NCBI RefSeq assembly: GCF_009914755.1
Contig: NC_060934.1
Length of the DNA: 64,000 nt
DNA from: the human T2T-CHM13v2.0 reference genome, Homo sapiens
Reading direction: 5' to 3' (one strand)
The position numbers and the translations under genes are program-made. Below the pieces are notes generated by a model. The model saw only the letters and a program-made list of their open reading frames with translations. It had not been told where the DNA came from and did not search any database. This document shows positions 15,436-31,865 of this stretch, piece after piece (position 1 is the first letter of the stretch; the number at the start of each line of letters is the position of its first letter).

Positions 15436-17090
15436 GTTGGTTGGTGACTTATCTTGCAGAGTCGTTAGTAACAAATGTGTGAGGAAGAAAGGCTGAAGCC
15501 TGGACTGCCTTTCTGAGTCTCTTGGCTACAGGCCTACTTTGGGCTCACGGCTAAAAGCCATCCATCCTATGCCACATCCTCACTCAAAGATTTTGCCCCC
15601 ATCCCACTCTCCTTTTTATTTGTAAAATAAAACAGTTTCTCACCCAGAGGTGATAAATACTTATTATTAAATAAGGTGCATTGAGCGGTGCCAAATTGGG
15701 GGTAGAGTGGGAGGGGATGGCATGGGAGACCTTTCACCTCCTTTCAAAATTTCCATTAGCTAATCCAAAAGCCACTCCATATCTTAGAGTTTTGATTCCT
15801 TTGATATGAACAACCAACATTTTCTCAATCCTATGTAAAATAAACATTTTCTTTATGAAACTTTATTTTAAAGCAAATAATAGAAATTATCACTTCAATT
15901 TGCCCTTGCTCCATGCCTTCCAACAGATTGCTAACCTCAGCCCCTGCAGTACTGTTCATTCTGGAGCTGCTCTTGGTATAATAACAGGGTTTTGTATGTC
16001 TGCTGAACTAGAACGTGCTCCTTGAGGGCATGAATCATGTTTATTCCACTTGCCATTGCCCGTATCTAGCATGATGCCAGGCACGAACCATACACCCAAA
16101 TAATGTGGGTTCCATTGAGTAAGAAAGCACCAGAACCAGGAAGGGACCAAAGAGACCAGGGAGGCAGGGTACCTTATTTCATAGATCCAGATGCTGAGGC
16201 CCAGAGAAGTGAAGAGATTTGCCCCGAGACAAAATAATTATGTTTGAGCAATCTTCCCATGGGAGGGTGGGATGGCCACTACTGAGTTATAAGTAGAGAC
16301 CAACATGGATGTTCGTTTGATGGTTGCTTTTGACTAATAGAATGTGGAACTTAAGGGAAGAAGTGGGAGGGCACAGCTATTTGCTAAGCGCTCATTAAGC
16401 GTGAGGTGCTGAAATATCTTATCTCCACTGGGGACCTGAACCACATCCGCAGCTGTGAAGGAACGGACAAGAGGAACACTAGAGATATATGATGGACTCT
16501 GTCCGGACCTCATGAGACAGGGAGGCTGAGAACATATTCTAGTGAAAGATGGGTAAGGAATGTGGGTCGATGATTGGATCTGAAAGGCACTGCTAAAGAA
16601 CGTAAATGACACAGAACAAGGCATTGGTTTGGTGTTGGTGAGAAAGACAGCAAGTTAGATATATTCATGCAGAGATGTTCAGCAGAAAGTTGAGTGTGCA
16701 GCAGCTATGGTGAAATATAGAAAAACAAATGATTTGAAATTTAAAGACAGTTCAAATCCTCTATCTACTTTCTGTTACATGTTGGGCAAGTCTTTTAACC
16801 CCTCTAAGCCCCAGTTTATGTATATGTAAATGTAGAATAAAAATATCTACCTCATATGATTGATGAAGGAATTAATATTAAATGGCCTAAAATGTCTTAG
16901 ACAGGCAAAATCCATGGCTAATGATTATTTGAGAATCTTAAGCAAAAGCAAACAGAAAACTTTTTGGGGGTTGAGGTAGAGCATTTGTTGTTCCCAGCCT
17001 CGGCTTTCATCCTTTCTTTTTCCTGGGTCTTTCCATCTGTAAGTAAAGCATTTAGAAATACAGTCTTACTCTCAATATTTCTCCCTCCAG

Positions 17091-17260
17091 GGAGGAAGGA
17101 TACTATTACAGAGAAACCTATTGCGCCTGCAGAGCCTGTTGAGCCTGTACTCAGTGGCAGTATGGCCATAGGGGCCGTGTCACTAGCTGTTGCCAAAGCC
17201 TGTGCCATGCTGCTTAATAAACCTCTGTACTTAAATATCGCTCTACTGAAGCACAATCAG
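17091..17260 (+). CDS. ENO4: ENO4 exon 5 (GRKDTI...LKHNQ)
   Basis: Acceptor ctccctccag|, donor CAG|gttagt; GSMAIGAVSLAVAKA matches enolase GANAILGVSLAVCKA. Confidence 0.95.
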
Positions 17261-17355
17261 GTTAGTATCTATGAAGTTCCATTAAAAGGAGCCATGAGTA
17301 TCTCAATATGGATGAACCCTGTTTCTCATTTTCCCTCGTTTTCCCCCTATTTCAG

Positions 17356-17487
17356 GAACAGCCAACAACGCTATCTATGCCTTTGCTGATGGTATCGCTG
17401 GTCAGCTGTGGGAAGTCATCATCTGGGAAGCTAAATTTAATGAAAGAAGTGATTTGTATACCCCATCCTGAATTAACAACCAAACAA
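17356..17487 (+). CDS. ENO4: ENO4 exon 6 (EQPTTL...LTTKQ)
   Basis: Acceptor tttcag|GAA, donor CAA|gtacct; aligns with enolase [28 protein letters not shown]. Confidence 0.92.
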
Positions 17488-17518
17488 GTACCTTACATTA
17501 TCTTAAATTACCTTTTCT

Positions 17519-17549
<31 letters not shown>

Positions 17550-18477
17550 TATACTCCGTCACTGATGAACTTTTAGTGGGGAATTAAGGATAAAATGAGA
17601 AAAAAAATATTTTAGGAAATCAGAGAAGTGGGAAGAAAGACCTCAAACCAAAGGGAGCACATGCAGAGCAACTTAGATGTCTGGTTTCATTACAGCACTG
17701 GCTCATGCTGTTGACTCACAGACAAGCCATGGCTGAGAAACTCTGCAGACCTAGAAAGTGCTGGAAGGTTGTTATTTGGGAGCATCTTATTTACTCTGCA
17801 CTGTGCCCTATGGCAGCAGCAAGTGAAAGCTAGCACTTCCTAGCAGCCCACTCTGTTAAGTAAGAACTCCAGGACTTGCCTGGCACCTATGAGACTTTTA
17901 GTGCATATTTGTGGAGTGAATAAATCTCAAGTTGCAGGTTCACCACTCAGAGGTGTGCAAGGATCTATACTACTCCTCAGTAGCCTGAAAGAGTCAATAT
18001 GCCTCTTTAAATCATGATGACCAAAGGTTCATGATCTATAGGAGATGCTTTGTAAAAAAGTACAGAAAGCTTTCCCCAAGCCCCCTCCAGTAATAAGTTG
18101 AGTGATAGTTTATCTTAGTGGAAATCAGTAAGAAAAAAAAAATCAAGATTTTTCATGATAAAGAATTCTTTCTTAAAATAGTTATTGCCTTACAGTTTAT
18201 CAGTTGCAGAAGAATACTATTTATATCTGGCTTATCATCTGTCAGATCGTATTCAGATCCTGGTGTCAGGATCTTTCCTTTAGTTAGTATCTGTTGAGCT
18301 GTTTGCATACCAGAGCACGAGGAATGCCATTCTTTATCAGGTCTTTGTATGTAGATCTCATCATCACAACATACTTTTCTACTTTTTAAGGGACAGTAGA
18401 TTTATACTGATTCAGCCACTCTAATCCAGACTACCTTGGTGATCTGTGACATGTATTGTGGGAAAGTTATCTAGGCT

Positions 18478-18790
18478 GGCCAGGCATGGTGCCTCACGCC
18501 TGTAATCCCAGCACTTTGGGAGGCCAAGATGGGAGGATGGCCTGAGGTCAGGAGTTCGAGACCAGCCTGGCCAACATGGCAAAACCCCGTCTCTACTAAA
18601 AATACAAAAATTAGCCAGGCATGGTGGTGCATGCCTGTCATCCCAGCTACTTGGGAGGTTGAGGCAAGAGAATTGCTTGAACAATTCGGAGTTTGCAGTA
18701 GGCCGAGATCATTGCCACTGCACGCCAGCCTGGGCAACAGAGTGAAACTCCATCTCAAAAAAAAAAATAAAAAAGAAAAAAGAAGAAGAA
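18478..18790 (+). mobile_element. AluS
   Basis: Alu consensus; flanking GAAAGTTATC duplication. Confidence 0.92.
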
Positions 18791-19094
18791 AGTTATCCAG
18801 GTTGGTCCAGAGACCATAAAAGAGGATGAAGCTAACTTGATCCAAGCAACTGAACCAGTCAGTTCTGAAAGGTCGAAGAGAGGCTACTGAGGGAGAAGAA
18901 CCTCTCATTCACATTCAACCCAATGAAAACTGGGGCGAAGATTAACATTTAATCTACTGATTTTGTAGAGCATATCATCTGCTAATCAGGGACTCTACAA
19001 ATACTCTGAGTTAGAAATAGCCACGTGTTATAAGTTTTTATACTTAAATTTTCTAGTCTGCAACTGTGGAAGATCATGGTTGTTCTACTTACAG

Positions 19095-19148
19095 GGTGTC
19101 GAGATGCTTATGGAAATGCAGAAACATATCAACAAAATAATTGAAATG
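19095..19148 (+). CDS. ENO4: ENO4 exon 7 (GVEMLMEMQKHINKIIEM)
   Basis: Acceptor cttacag|, donor ATG|gtatgt; 54 nt, in frame. Confidence 0.9.
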
Positions 19149-19650
19149 GTATGTAAAGAGATTCTATGTTATCTAGTTACTGACACTTAGACACCTTCTA
19201 GCATGCAACTTGTAGTTCATTTGGACTTAAATCAATTGTGGTTGATATGGAGAATGTATTTATTGGCTTTGGGTTTCCCCCAAGAACCAAGTGTATCCAT
19301 GTCCTCAGTGGCTATGGATCCAGCCTCTAATGGTACTTAACAATCTCATTTCAATTTCTGGGGCAACTGGCTTTGTGCTAAGATCATCCCTTAGGATTTA
19401 CTAAGAAAGAAAGGATGTGGCCCCCACGATATGAGAGGCAGCTTGATGGAATGAAGGCAGAGACTCTTGTGCCTGCATTAGGATCCTGGTGTTGAGCAAA
19501 CAAGGGCCCCTGGCAGAGCAGCCCTCTTAGGGGCAGTCACAGACGCAGGCGTATGAGTCGCCAGTTGTCCCATCATGTTCTAAATGGGCAGTGCACAGTG
19601 ATATGGAAGGGCTGAGGCCAGGAGAGGGACCCAATCCTTGTCTGTGGGGC

Positions 19651-19652
<2 letters not shown>

Positions 19653-19694
<42 letters not shown>

Positions 19695-19695
19695 C
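19653..19695. repeat. (CA)n microsatellite
   Basis: Direct reading. Confidence 0.95.
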
Positions 19696-20480
19696 CTTTT
19701 ATTTTGGAATACCTCTCACCCAGTTTCCCCCAATGTTAATGATATATTACATGGTACATTTGTCAAAACTAAGAAACCAAAATGGTACACTACTAATAAC
19801 TAACTCCAGACTTGATTCAAATTTCACTGGTTTTTCCACTAATGTCCTTTTTCTGTTCTAGGATCCAATCCAGGATCCCACATTGCATTTAGCCTGAGGC
19901 TTTTAAGCTGCATGATTAGGAAGCAGTAGGGCTGAGGACCCAATAGGATGGGGCTGGGATACAATAGCAGTGTAACATGGAGGCACTTTGGTTTTAACTC
20001 TGTCTCACCAGCACAGAGTGTGACTGCAGGCAGGGGGCACGGGCCCCTCCCCTGCCGCGATGGTGGTTGGCTGGCTGGGGCCCAATCCCTGCAGTTGATC
20101 AGAATTGCTTTAAGCAATTCCAGGCTGGAGCTGGTTTCCATGGTGCTTTTCAGGAGGCCAGCTTCTTTTCTGGGTGACCAGCCTGTAGAGACTCAGACTT
20201 CGACAAGTTAGCTCTGATGTTGCACTCTGCTTTGCCATTCATAACTCCGTGACCTTGGGCCAATTCCATAGTCTCTCTGCCTCGGGTTCCTCATCTATAA
20301 AATGGAGATGATCAGTACCCAAGTCATGAGGGTGACCGTGAAGAGTAAACAAGTGTAATATCAAACACGCCGCATCAGGAGCCGGTGCCACAGGAAGCCA
20401 TACCTGGTGTTGGTTCTGTCAGAGCAGGTGAAGGAAACCCACCTGAGCATTCTACAATTCATCCTTCTAAATTTCTTTTA

Positions 20481-20898
<418 letters not shown>

Positions 20899-21037
20899 TC
20901 AAATACTGATAGAGCTACCCTCCCACAACCACCTCCTACAGACTGCCACCCTCAGCACAGTCCCTTCTCTAAAGGTAACTGCCGTTAAAAATTGAGTGTG
21001 GCCTTCCAGCCTTTTTTAAAAAATAAATAAGTAGATA

Positions 21038-21387
<350 letters not shown>

Positions 21388-21472
21388 TCATTCTGCAAAT
21401 TGCTTTACTTCTTTGCCCTTTTCACTGAGGTGTTTATCTTTTATTGATATCTAGGAATTCTTTACATAATAA

Positions 21473-21784
<312 letters not shown>

Positions 21785-21911
21785 AATTCTTTATATACGG
21801 TAGACCTATTTTCCTGTATCATGTTGCCTGCCTTTAAATTGTATGATATGGAGTCATACCGATTTTTAAAATTTTTTGATGAAGTGAAATGTAGCAATCT
21901 GTTCTTTTAAG

Positions 21912-22126
21912 GCAGTGACTCTCAACCAGCAGTGATTTTGCCCAGGGGACATTTGGCAAGTCTGGAGACATCTGTAGTGGCCTTGGCTTGGAAGGAGAGT
22001 TCTGACCGCATTTTGTAAGCAGGGATCAGAGCTGCTACTGAGTGTCCTGCAATGTACAGGGCGGCCCCCACAGTGGGGTGATCCAGCCCCAAATGTCAAT
22101 AGCGCCAAGGCTGAGGAAGCCTGCTT
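21912..22126. mobile_element. MER20 hAT DNA transposon fossil
   Basis: CAGTG..TCTCAACC...GATTTTGCCC.AGGGGACATTTGGCAA.GTCTGGAGACA...CCCCAAATGTCAATAG.GCC.AGG.TGAG. Confidence 0.85.
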
Positions 22127-22747
22127 TAAGGCTGTTGCTTTGTGTGCCTTGTTTCATAAGGGGCTCCCTCTTCCTGGAATACTAATAATCCACAAGTATT
22201 TTTTTAAGTTTACTACGTACCATCCTGAGTGCTTTAATACTTTAACTCATTCAATCTGCATAACTGTATAGGTAGGTACTATTATTACCCCTATTACATA
22301 GATTAAGAACCTTGGGCCCAGCACTCACCCAAGACCCCCAGGTCGTAGGTGGCCAAGCTGGCATTCAAACTCAGAATCCATGATCTTAATCAGATGCTAA
22401 ACTGCCCCCAAATCACAGAATATGTTTTCTTCAAACACTTTTGTAGTTTCAAAGATTTATTTATATCTTAATTTCACCTGGCCTTTATATCAATAGTGTG
22501 AAGCAGGGATCACATTTCTGTTGACTTTCCATGTGGTGTTACACGTTTGGAAGCTGCAGTGGGATTCTTAGTAATAGCTCCAACTAGTTCATTCATGTTT
22601 GAAGGAAAAGCAGTAAAGCACTTAGAGAAAGCTCAGATATCAAAAACCATCACTATGCTGTCGAAGTCACAAAGTTTAAGTTGTTAAAGATTATGTAGTG
22701 TAGCAGAAAGAGCACAATCTTTGAAGCAACAGATTTGGTTTCTATTA

Positions 22748-23181
<434 letters not shown>

Positions 23182-23664
23182 CTAGTAATTGAATATAGAA
23201 AGATGTTTAATCCTTCCCAGTGATTACAGTGATAACAGATCATTCCCAACATTACCGCGATTCTTCTATTAAGTCTTAATTTAAATCTATTTTGAGAAAA
23301 AAATGCTGAAGAAATGGTATGTTTTCTCATGCAGGCCCCAACCCAAAGATGTCTATAGATAACCTTAGCTAAAGCCACGGTCTTAAAACAGGAGATGATA
23401 GGAGTGGAACCAGGGTTACTGCAATCACCATGCTTTGTTTTAGTAATAGAGTGATAGTTCCTGATGACATCATTTGGCTGGTGGCAGAGATTAGTAGATT
23501 ACATCATGCCAGATTTATTTTGGCATAACTCACTCTCCCTAGGAACTCCTGAGTTGCCTAATTCTTATTAAGGAAAGATTATATTTGTTTCAGTTTTTAG
23601 CCATTTTTAAATCCACTTAGTCTGAGAACAGCCATTCTAGAATACATTGCATTTTTTATGATTA

Positions 23665-23997
<333 letters not shown>

Positions 23998-24950
23998 TTA
24001 TTTTTTGCTGTTGCAAGGCCCTGTGCTAGGTGCAAAAGGGGAGAAAAACATACTTCCTGTCCTCAGGCAGTTTAAAAGTCTCAATGAGGGAGCATAAAAA
24101 ACATGAGAAATCCAATAATAATGCAAACCAAGACTGTTCTTTAATGTTTGCCATTCTGAATTGGAGCCAGTAATCACTATTGTCCCCCGATCACATCACA
24201 TGACTTCCCTTTGCCCTTCTGTTCAGGGTCACTGTATGTGCATATACTTGAGTGTGAACCATACCTATGCTTGACAATCCTGCCTCAGTTTACAGAATCA
24301 GTACACGCTGAGCATCCTTTAAAAGATTAGATCCTTGCAATAATATGCACCCAATACCCCAAATGTGGGAATGCCTCTTTGGGAATTACCTTTGCTTTTA
24401 ACCTCATGACACTACACCCACCAGATTCACCAGATTTAATGACCTTTGACTGTTTCAAATCAAAGTCAAAACCACCCTGCAGGAGAAAGTGTTTGCACTC
24501 TGAGAATATTCAAAACAATATGTTGGGCCTGTAAAAGCAAATCCCGCAGTGGGGTTAAGCCCTAAGGGCAAGGAGGGGACTTTGTATCCTCCTGCAGAAA
24601 AAGGGTGCCTGCACACAGCAGGAGTTCATGATATATGTGTGAATAACACATTATTTATATGCATAGAAATGCATGAATCTGTACACACACCCCATATATG
24701 TGACTGGGGGCAGAGGGTAAGGATGAACTAAAGGAAACACATTCCTGAATTTGAGAAATAGTTTGTGGCATATAAAGTAGGGAGTGGCTGGAATCATCCC
24801 TATGTGCATGAGTGCGTGTGTGTGCGTGTATGTGTGCACACGTGTGTGAGATTCAGTGTTGCTGGTCAGGTCTCAGAGCAGTAAGCTTTGCTTGCTGCCA
24901 CAGCCATGCTAAAAATTCCAGGTGATACATTTTTATCTTCTGCCCCACAG

Positions 24951-25007
24951 CCCTCTCCTCCAAAAGCAGAGACAAAAAAAGGGCACGATGGAAGCAAAAG
25001 AGGTCAA
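24951..25007 (+). CDS. ENO4: ENO4 exon 8 (PSPPKAETKKGHDGSKRGQ)
   Basis: Acceptor ttctgccccacag|, donor CAA|gtaagt; 57 nt, in frame; needed to reach the 625-aa length I recall for ENO4. Confidence 0.85.
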
Positions 25008-26692
25008 GTAAGTCTATATATTGTTTACCATCCTTCCATATGACACTGTCTATAAATTTCCTGCCCCTTTTTATCTTCCATAGTCACTTTTTGCTCCAAG
25101 ACCAGGACTGAGGCAAATGGAAACCATATAGTGATATTGCTCCAGACACCCCCAGAGCTGCAGTATCATGCTGCCCCTGCCTTCCAGCAACAGGCTGCCC
25201 GACCATCGCTGGCAGCAGCTGTCTGACCATCTGGAATCTCACAGGGCTAGGAAGCATTTATGAGACGTAGGGTTACACTGGACCCTATAGGGGAAGTGTT
25301 TGGGAAGTCGAATCTCTCTGACAACTAGCTGAAAGGCACATAGGATGTTTTACATTTTATTATTAACAAAGAGAAAAACAAGAAGCACAAAAAGATGGCT
25401 ATTCCTTCCATCTGGTCCCCCAAAGGCACTGAAGCATCATTTCTGACGAACCATTGCAGGAACTCCGATTTTGCCAGGAGAGTGAGGCGAACAGCCCTCC
25501 TTGTCAAAACCCGTTCGCTGGCTTCAGGAGCCTTGGGAGACCAGCTGAACTTGATCTGTCAGTCACGTTGGTGATTGTGAGTGCTCTGATAGATGTATCT
25601 ATTATAGCCTAAACTTTCAACAATATAAATAGAAGAGCCAATAAGAACTTTGAAGAGCATGCACATGGGTGAAGGTTGCTCGCATCTGCAGTATTTGCTT
25701 TGGTTTGTGAGCGAACAATCTTTGCCCCACCCTGATGTTAGGTACATGAGAGTCAGCTGAAGACAAAAAAAAGAGGGGCTAGGAAAGAAGGGAGAAGACA
25801 TGGCAAAGATAAAAAAGTGAAGTTTCTTTTTAAGATCAGGAGAGAGAAGAGAAATGTGTGAACACATACAGCGGTAAGTAAAATCCTGTCAACAGTTTGT
25901 ATATGTTGGAATGAGCACAGCCTTCTAATATTAGGCCTTGCAAGAGGTGGAGATGGTAAACAAGCCACCAATTCTCAGTGCTGTGCCTTCATCCCAGCAG
26001 GTGGTTCTCTGCATGCTGGGAAACTTAGACCAACATCAGCCTTCCCTGTAATAAGCTTTACTACTACTTTTTCTTTTTCCCATTAGAAACAGTCTAGAGT
26101 ATAGATTCCAGAGAGGCAGCCACACAAGAATTAGGGGTATAAACTCTGGTGCTAAATTGCCTGGATTAAAATCTGGTTCAACTTAGTTAACTCCGTAAAA
26201 TGGAGATCATAATAATATCTTTGTATGATGTAAGGAGTAAACGTATTTACTTTATGTAATGTGCTTAGAACAGTACCTGGCATTTAGTAAGCACCAAATA
26301 AGTGATGCTTTCATAGTTTAGAAGGCTCTGTAACAAAACTCAGTTGATGGACAAAAATTTCCCCAACTATTGCTTTGTTTGCCAAATAAAAGTTTCTTCT
26401 CATTGACATTAAAATAGTGCTATCACCAGTCAAAACAGAATATTCATTCCCGGGTTCATGTTTGTCATTGAGTTTGGTGCACACACACACACCCCTTACC
26501 TTAAGCCCTCAGATTCATTGATATTGCTTCAATTTATAATTGCATAGTGGCAATTTATGGCGAGGGCACATCAAGGCTGACTTTGCAGTAGCTGTCTTTC
26601 CTTGGGGTTATGTGGGTCCTGAAATCATCTTCCACTAAAATCCATCTTCAGTATTGCATCCTCTTAGTGGAAGTCTTCAATCCTTTTAAAGT

Positions 26693-26960
26693 GGCCAACA
26701 CCTGTAATCACAGCACTTTGGGAGTGCTGAGCACAAGACTTCAAGACCAGCCTGGGCAACACAGTGAGACCCTGTCTCTACAAAAAATAAAAAAAATAGC
26801 CAGGTGTGGTGGCACATGCCTGTAGTCTCAGCTCCTCAGGAGGTTGAGAAAGGAGGATGACTTCAGCCTGGGGAAGTCGAGGCTGCAGAGCCACGTTCAA
26901 GCCACTGCACTCCAGCCTGGGTGACAGAGCAAGACACTATCTCAAAACAAATAAATAAAT
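26693..26960 (+). mobile_element. AluJ, degenerate
   Basis: Alu-like with deletions and (TAAA)n tail. Confidence 0.85.
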
Positions 26961-27428
26961 GAAACTTCTCCTGAAGGAGGGCTATGCTTTTAATGGCTGC
27001 GTTTATCTAGAAGAAAACAGAACATACGAAAGAGCAGGTTTGGAGGAAAAGGACTGGCAGAGCTAGAGACAGACAGGGTGGACATTTACAGGGAGGGCCT
27101 GGAGATTCACCAACTGGGTGGTTGTGACTCAGGCTAGCCCCATGTACAAGGAATGGCAGCATCCATAAAGAGAGAACACAGACACACTAAAGAGAGAAAA
27201 GTGCACTCCCAGGCCAAACTTGGAAACCTCAGGAGTAAGAAAATTACTCCCAGATACTGCAGGGGAATCATATGCCCTAAGTCATGTGAATCAATCCTAA
27301 GTAGGATTGAGAATCAAAGGACTGATCTTTGCAGAGCTATATCTGATCATAAACCATGCTTATCACAGGAAGCGCCAAGAACCTTAATGTGCTGTATTGA
27401 CATGGATCATTGTCTCTTGATCTTGCAG

Positions 27429-27596
27429 CAGCAGATCACTGGCAAGATGTCTCATCTTGGCTGTTTAACCATTAACTGTGACTCCATAGAACAGCCACTG
27501 CTTCTAATACAGGAAATCTGTGCCAACCTGGGGCTAGAACTGGGAACAAATCTGCATCTAGCTATCAACTGTGCTGGACATGAGCTGATGGACTAC
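27429..27596 (+). CDS. ENO4: ENO4 exon 9 (QQITGK...ELMDY)
   Basis: Acceptor cttgcag|CAGCAG (tandem AGs, so the start is uncertain by 3-6 nt), donor TAC|gtaagt. Confidence 0.92.
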
Positions 27597-28178
27597 GTAA
27601 GTTTCCACTTCAGAACATTCACTTCCTATTGAGATCCATGATTTTTAAATTAGAACTCAGAAAAAAAAGAGCTTATCTGAATATTGTCCAAACAGATCTT
27701 ATTGTTTTTTTATTAATATTGTGTGAAGGATCCAAATATAATGAGAAAACCAAATTAGCTAATGACCACAGAATAACATAACCATAAAATTTTTTAAATA
27801 GAAAATGTCATTATTATATATAGAAATTCTACAATAAAGATAAGTAAAATGAGTTACTTACATTGCAATCCTGAAAGCTACTGAAAAATAATTTAACAAA
27901 CTGCATTTGGTTGATAAATGCTGAATTTGTCGAACCTAAAAAGTAGATGAGTTGTAACTTATGATGTGATAGGCGCTTCCAGACATGTAGTTCTTAGAAT
28001 TTATGCTGTGACTTTTTAAATATAAAAATTTTTCCAAGTTATTGAAGTTTATGAAGAAGATGTTTTTGTCCAACTAAACACATCACAGTGTTATCCACAG
28101 CCTGGGTTAGGAGGACAGAGCTTTAGTGATGTGATGAGACTCCACCTGGGGACCACCCACCTGAAGAGAAAGATTCTA

Positions 28179-28612
<434 letters not shown>

Positions 28613-28628
28613 TTACACATGTACTTCC

Positions 28629-28980
28629 TGATATGGTTTGGCTGTGTCCCCACCCAATTCGCATCTTGAATTGTAGCTCCCATGATTCCCATGTATCATG
28701 GGAGGTAACTGAATCATGGTGGCGGGTCTTTCCCATGCTATTCTCATGATAGTGAATAAGTCTCACTAGATCTGATGGTTTTATAAAGGGGAGTTCCCCT
28801 GCACACACTCTCTCTTGCCTGCTGCCATGTAAGACATGATTTTGCTCTTCCTTTACCTTCCACCATGATTGTGTGGCCTCCTCAGCCATGTGGAACTGTA
28901 AGTCAATTAAACCTCTTTCCTTTACAAATTACTCAGTCTCAGGTATGTCTTTATTAGCAGCATGAGAACAAACTAATACA
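28629..28980 (+). mobile_element. THE1 MaLR solo LTR
   Basis: TGATATGGTTTGGCTGTGTCCCCACCCAA...ACTAATACA with a perfect 5-bp TSD CTTCC (28624-28628, 28981-28985). Confidence 0.95.
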
Positions 28981-30379
28981 CTTCCCAATTTCAAATACAC
29001 AAAAATGTTGAGTCTACATTTTATGAAATGCCCAGCATATTGCCAAGCATCTATGGTGACTTGGTAATTTATGTCAAATTCAGGGGACATGACCAAATAG
29101 CATTCTGCTTTAACTGTGATTTTAACTTTACAAAGGAAATTTTGAACTCTATAAAAGAGCCCTAAATTTTGCTTGACTTCTAAAAGTTCTTTTACTTTTC
29201 TAAAGAAACTAAGCACATAAAAGAATATTTAAAGTAATTTCCTATTCTTCACATAATGATTGGTTCCTAGGCATACCATTAAAAAAAAAATTGCATGTTT
29301 TCATCAGCAACGTATACCAGGAACTATGAATATACTGACTGCTAGTGCTAACTAGAATGGGTATTTATTGCTTATATTCAGTAAAATGTATTAGCTTGAT
29401 ATCAGATAATTCTTACAATATTGTTAGTTCAAAATCATTAGCGTTTCCTCACTGACAAGATAGGGTTTTTTAAGCTTTGCATTATAGAAGTTAAAAGTTC
29501 TTGCTGCTTTTGAAGGTGAAAAAAGTATGAAATCCCTTCAGTTATGGTCTTCTTAGGAAGCTGCTTAATTCCAATGGAATCCATTCTATTAGCAGCAGCA
29601 GGAAGGCATTAGCAAACCAAACAGCCACTCTGTTGCATTCCACCTCCCTCCCAGTGCCAAAATATCCCAGGTACCATCCCTGAACATAGACTTAAAAGGA
29701 AGGGTGCTTTGTTCTGCAGAAAGGCTATTCTAGATCCTTCAGCCCTGTTTACTTCTATACTTAATGACTTAGGGGCTTTCCAGACTTCAAATGAATGTTG
29801 CACTAGAATTCTACCTTCTGGACAATATCGTTACTACTAGAAAGTACATGCTACCCAAGAAAGAAATGCCTCAAATAAATCACATTATTTTTCACACTGG
29901 TTGTTAGTATATCAAAAGCCTAGCCTTGCTTTCAAGCTTTAGAGTATTTACAGTAAAGGAAACAAGTTATTCATTCAATGTGACCTGAAAGATGGTAGGG
30001 TCTAGTGAGTGAGCAGGTTAGCATTGCTATTCTGCTTATTTTGTGAATTTATGTTATTGTCCATCTACGCAGGCAGCCAAGTCTAACAGATTATTCCCCT
30101 CCTACTCTGTAATTCTTGGTGTTTTGTGTAGGAAGCTGCATCTGAAGTCTGTGGGAAGAACCCTAGAGGGCATCAAAAGGAATGGTGACTTGATTTCCCA
30201 GGTTAATATTTAAGATATTTAAAGTAGAATGGACAGATTTCTCAGGTCAACGTGCCCTGAAAAGAACCTGTTTACAACCTCTTATATAAAATGAACGAAA
30301 ACGAATCTGAACCGTATCTTTGGGATTTGATGAATTCATTGTTTATCCCTTATTTTAATATTTTCCTGACACATATCAG

Positions 30380-30505
30380 AATAAAGGAAAGTATGAAGTG
30401 ATCATGGGCACATACAAAAATGCAGCGGAGATGGTTGACCTGTATGTGGATCTGATCAACAAGTACCCTTCAATTATTGCCTTAATTGATCCTTTCAGGA
30501 AGGAG
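30380..30505 (+). CDS. ENO4: ENO4 exon 10 (NKGKYE...DPFRKE)
   Basis: Acceptor atcag|AAT, donor GAG|gtaagc; YPSIIALIDPF matches enolase YPVVSIEDPF. Confidence 0.95.
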
Positions 30506-30971
30506 GTAAGCACCCCACCTTCCATATTTTATAACATATTTTATATGCCATAAGATAGGCAGGACTCACCTTTTATATTTTATAACTCACCTTTTATATT
30601 TATAACAAAACAGAGAATAAAATCTCATTCTTTTGGATCGTTGTCATTCAAAATGTGTTGTAATTTGGTCTGGGGCTGAGTTGCTTTATTTCAGCATTCA
30701 TGAGAAAAGGCACTTACTAAGCAAATGAATAGGAAAAACACAATTACCTAGGAGTGTGCCTGTCTGGGGAATGAAACACGTTATTCGCAAGCCCTTCAGG
30801 AGTACCTGTATATTTACAAGCAACCTAACAGATGGAAGCTGCCCCTGCTGTGCTAGCTGGAGCTTCAATAGGTTAATCATATACCATTTTCATGTGCTCA
30901 GGGGAACAGGACTTCTATAAGGCCAAATATTTTTCAACCTAAATCCAGTCACTATATATGCATAAACGTAA

Positions 30972-31293
<322 letters not shown>

Positions 31294-31614
31294 TAAAGGG
31301 TTTGAGATATTGAGGTTTTATGATCTATTAAAACTCATGCATTTGACAAAGGCTTATGTGACCATCTTTCCCCCAACCAACTTACACTCCAAAATTTAAA
31401 TTCTTGATTTTATAAATTTGAGAAACATCAGATAGATTGAACAGATATATTGAACAGATATCTTCTTTGAGATAATACAACTATTTCAATTTGGAGGACG
31501 ATATAAATGCTGGTCCTGATGTGGAGTCCCAGGGTCTCAGTCACATCCTCCTTTTCACAACCTCCATTCTACACCAGCATACACAGAATGCACTGGCTGA
31601 GCTTAGTTCCTTAA

Positions 31615-31865
<251 letters not shown>

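Noticed and set aside
23280-23325. GAAATG|gtatgt resembling the ENO4 exon 7 end (possible duplicated exon)
   Set aside because: Similarity is limited to about 12 nt; no convincing acceptor or open homologous frame upstream
30564-30604. 21-bp tandem duplication after ENO4 exon 10
   Set aside because: AT-rich slippage product with no evident function
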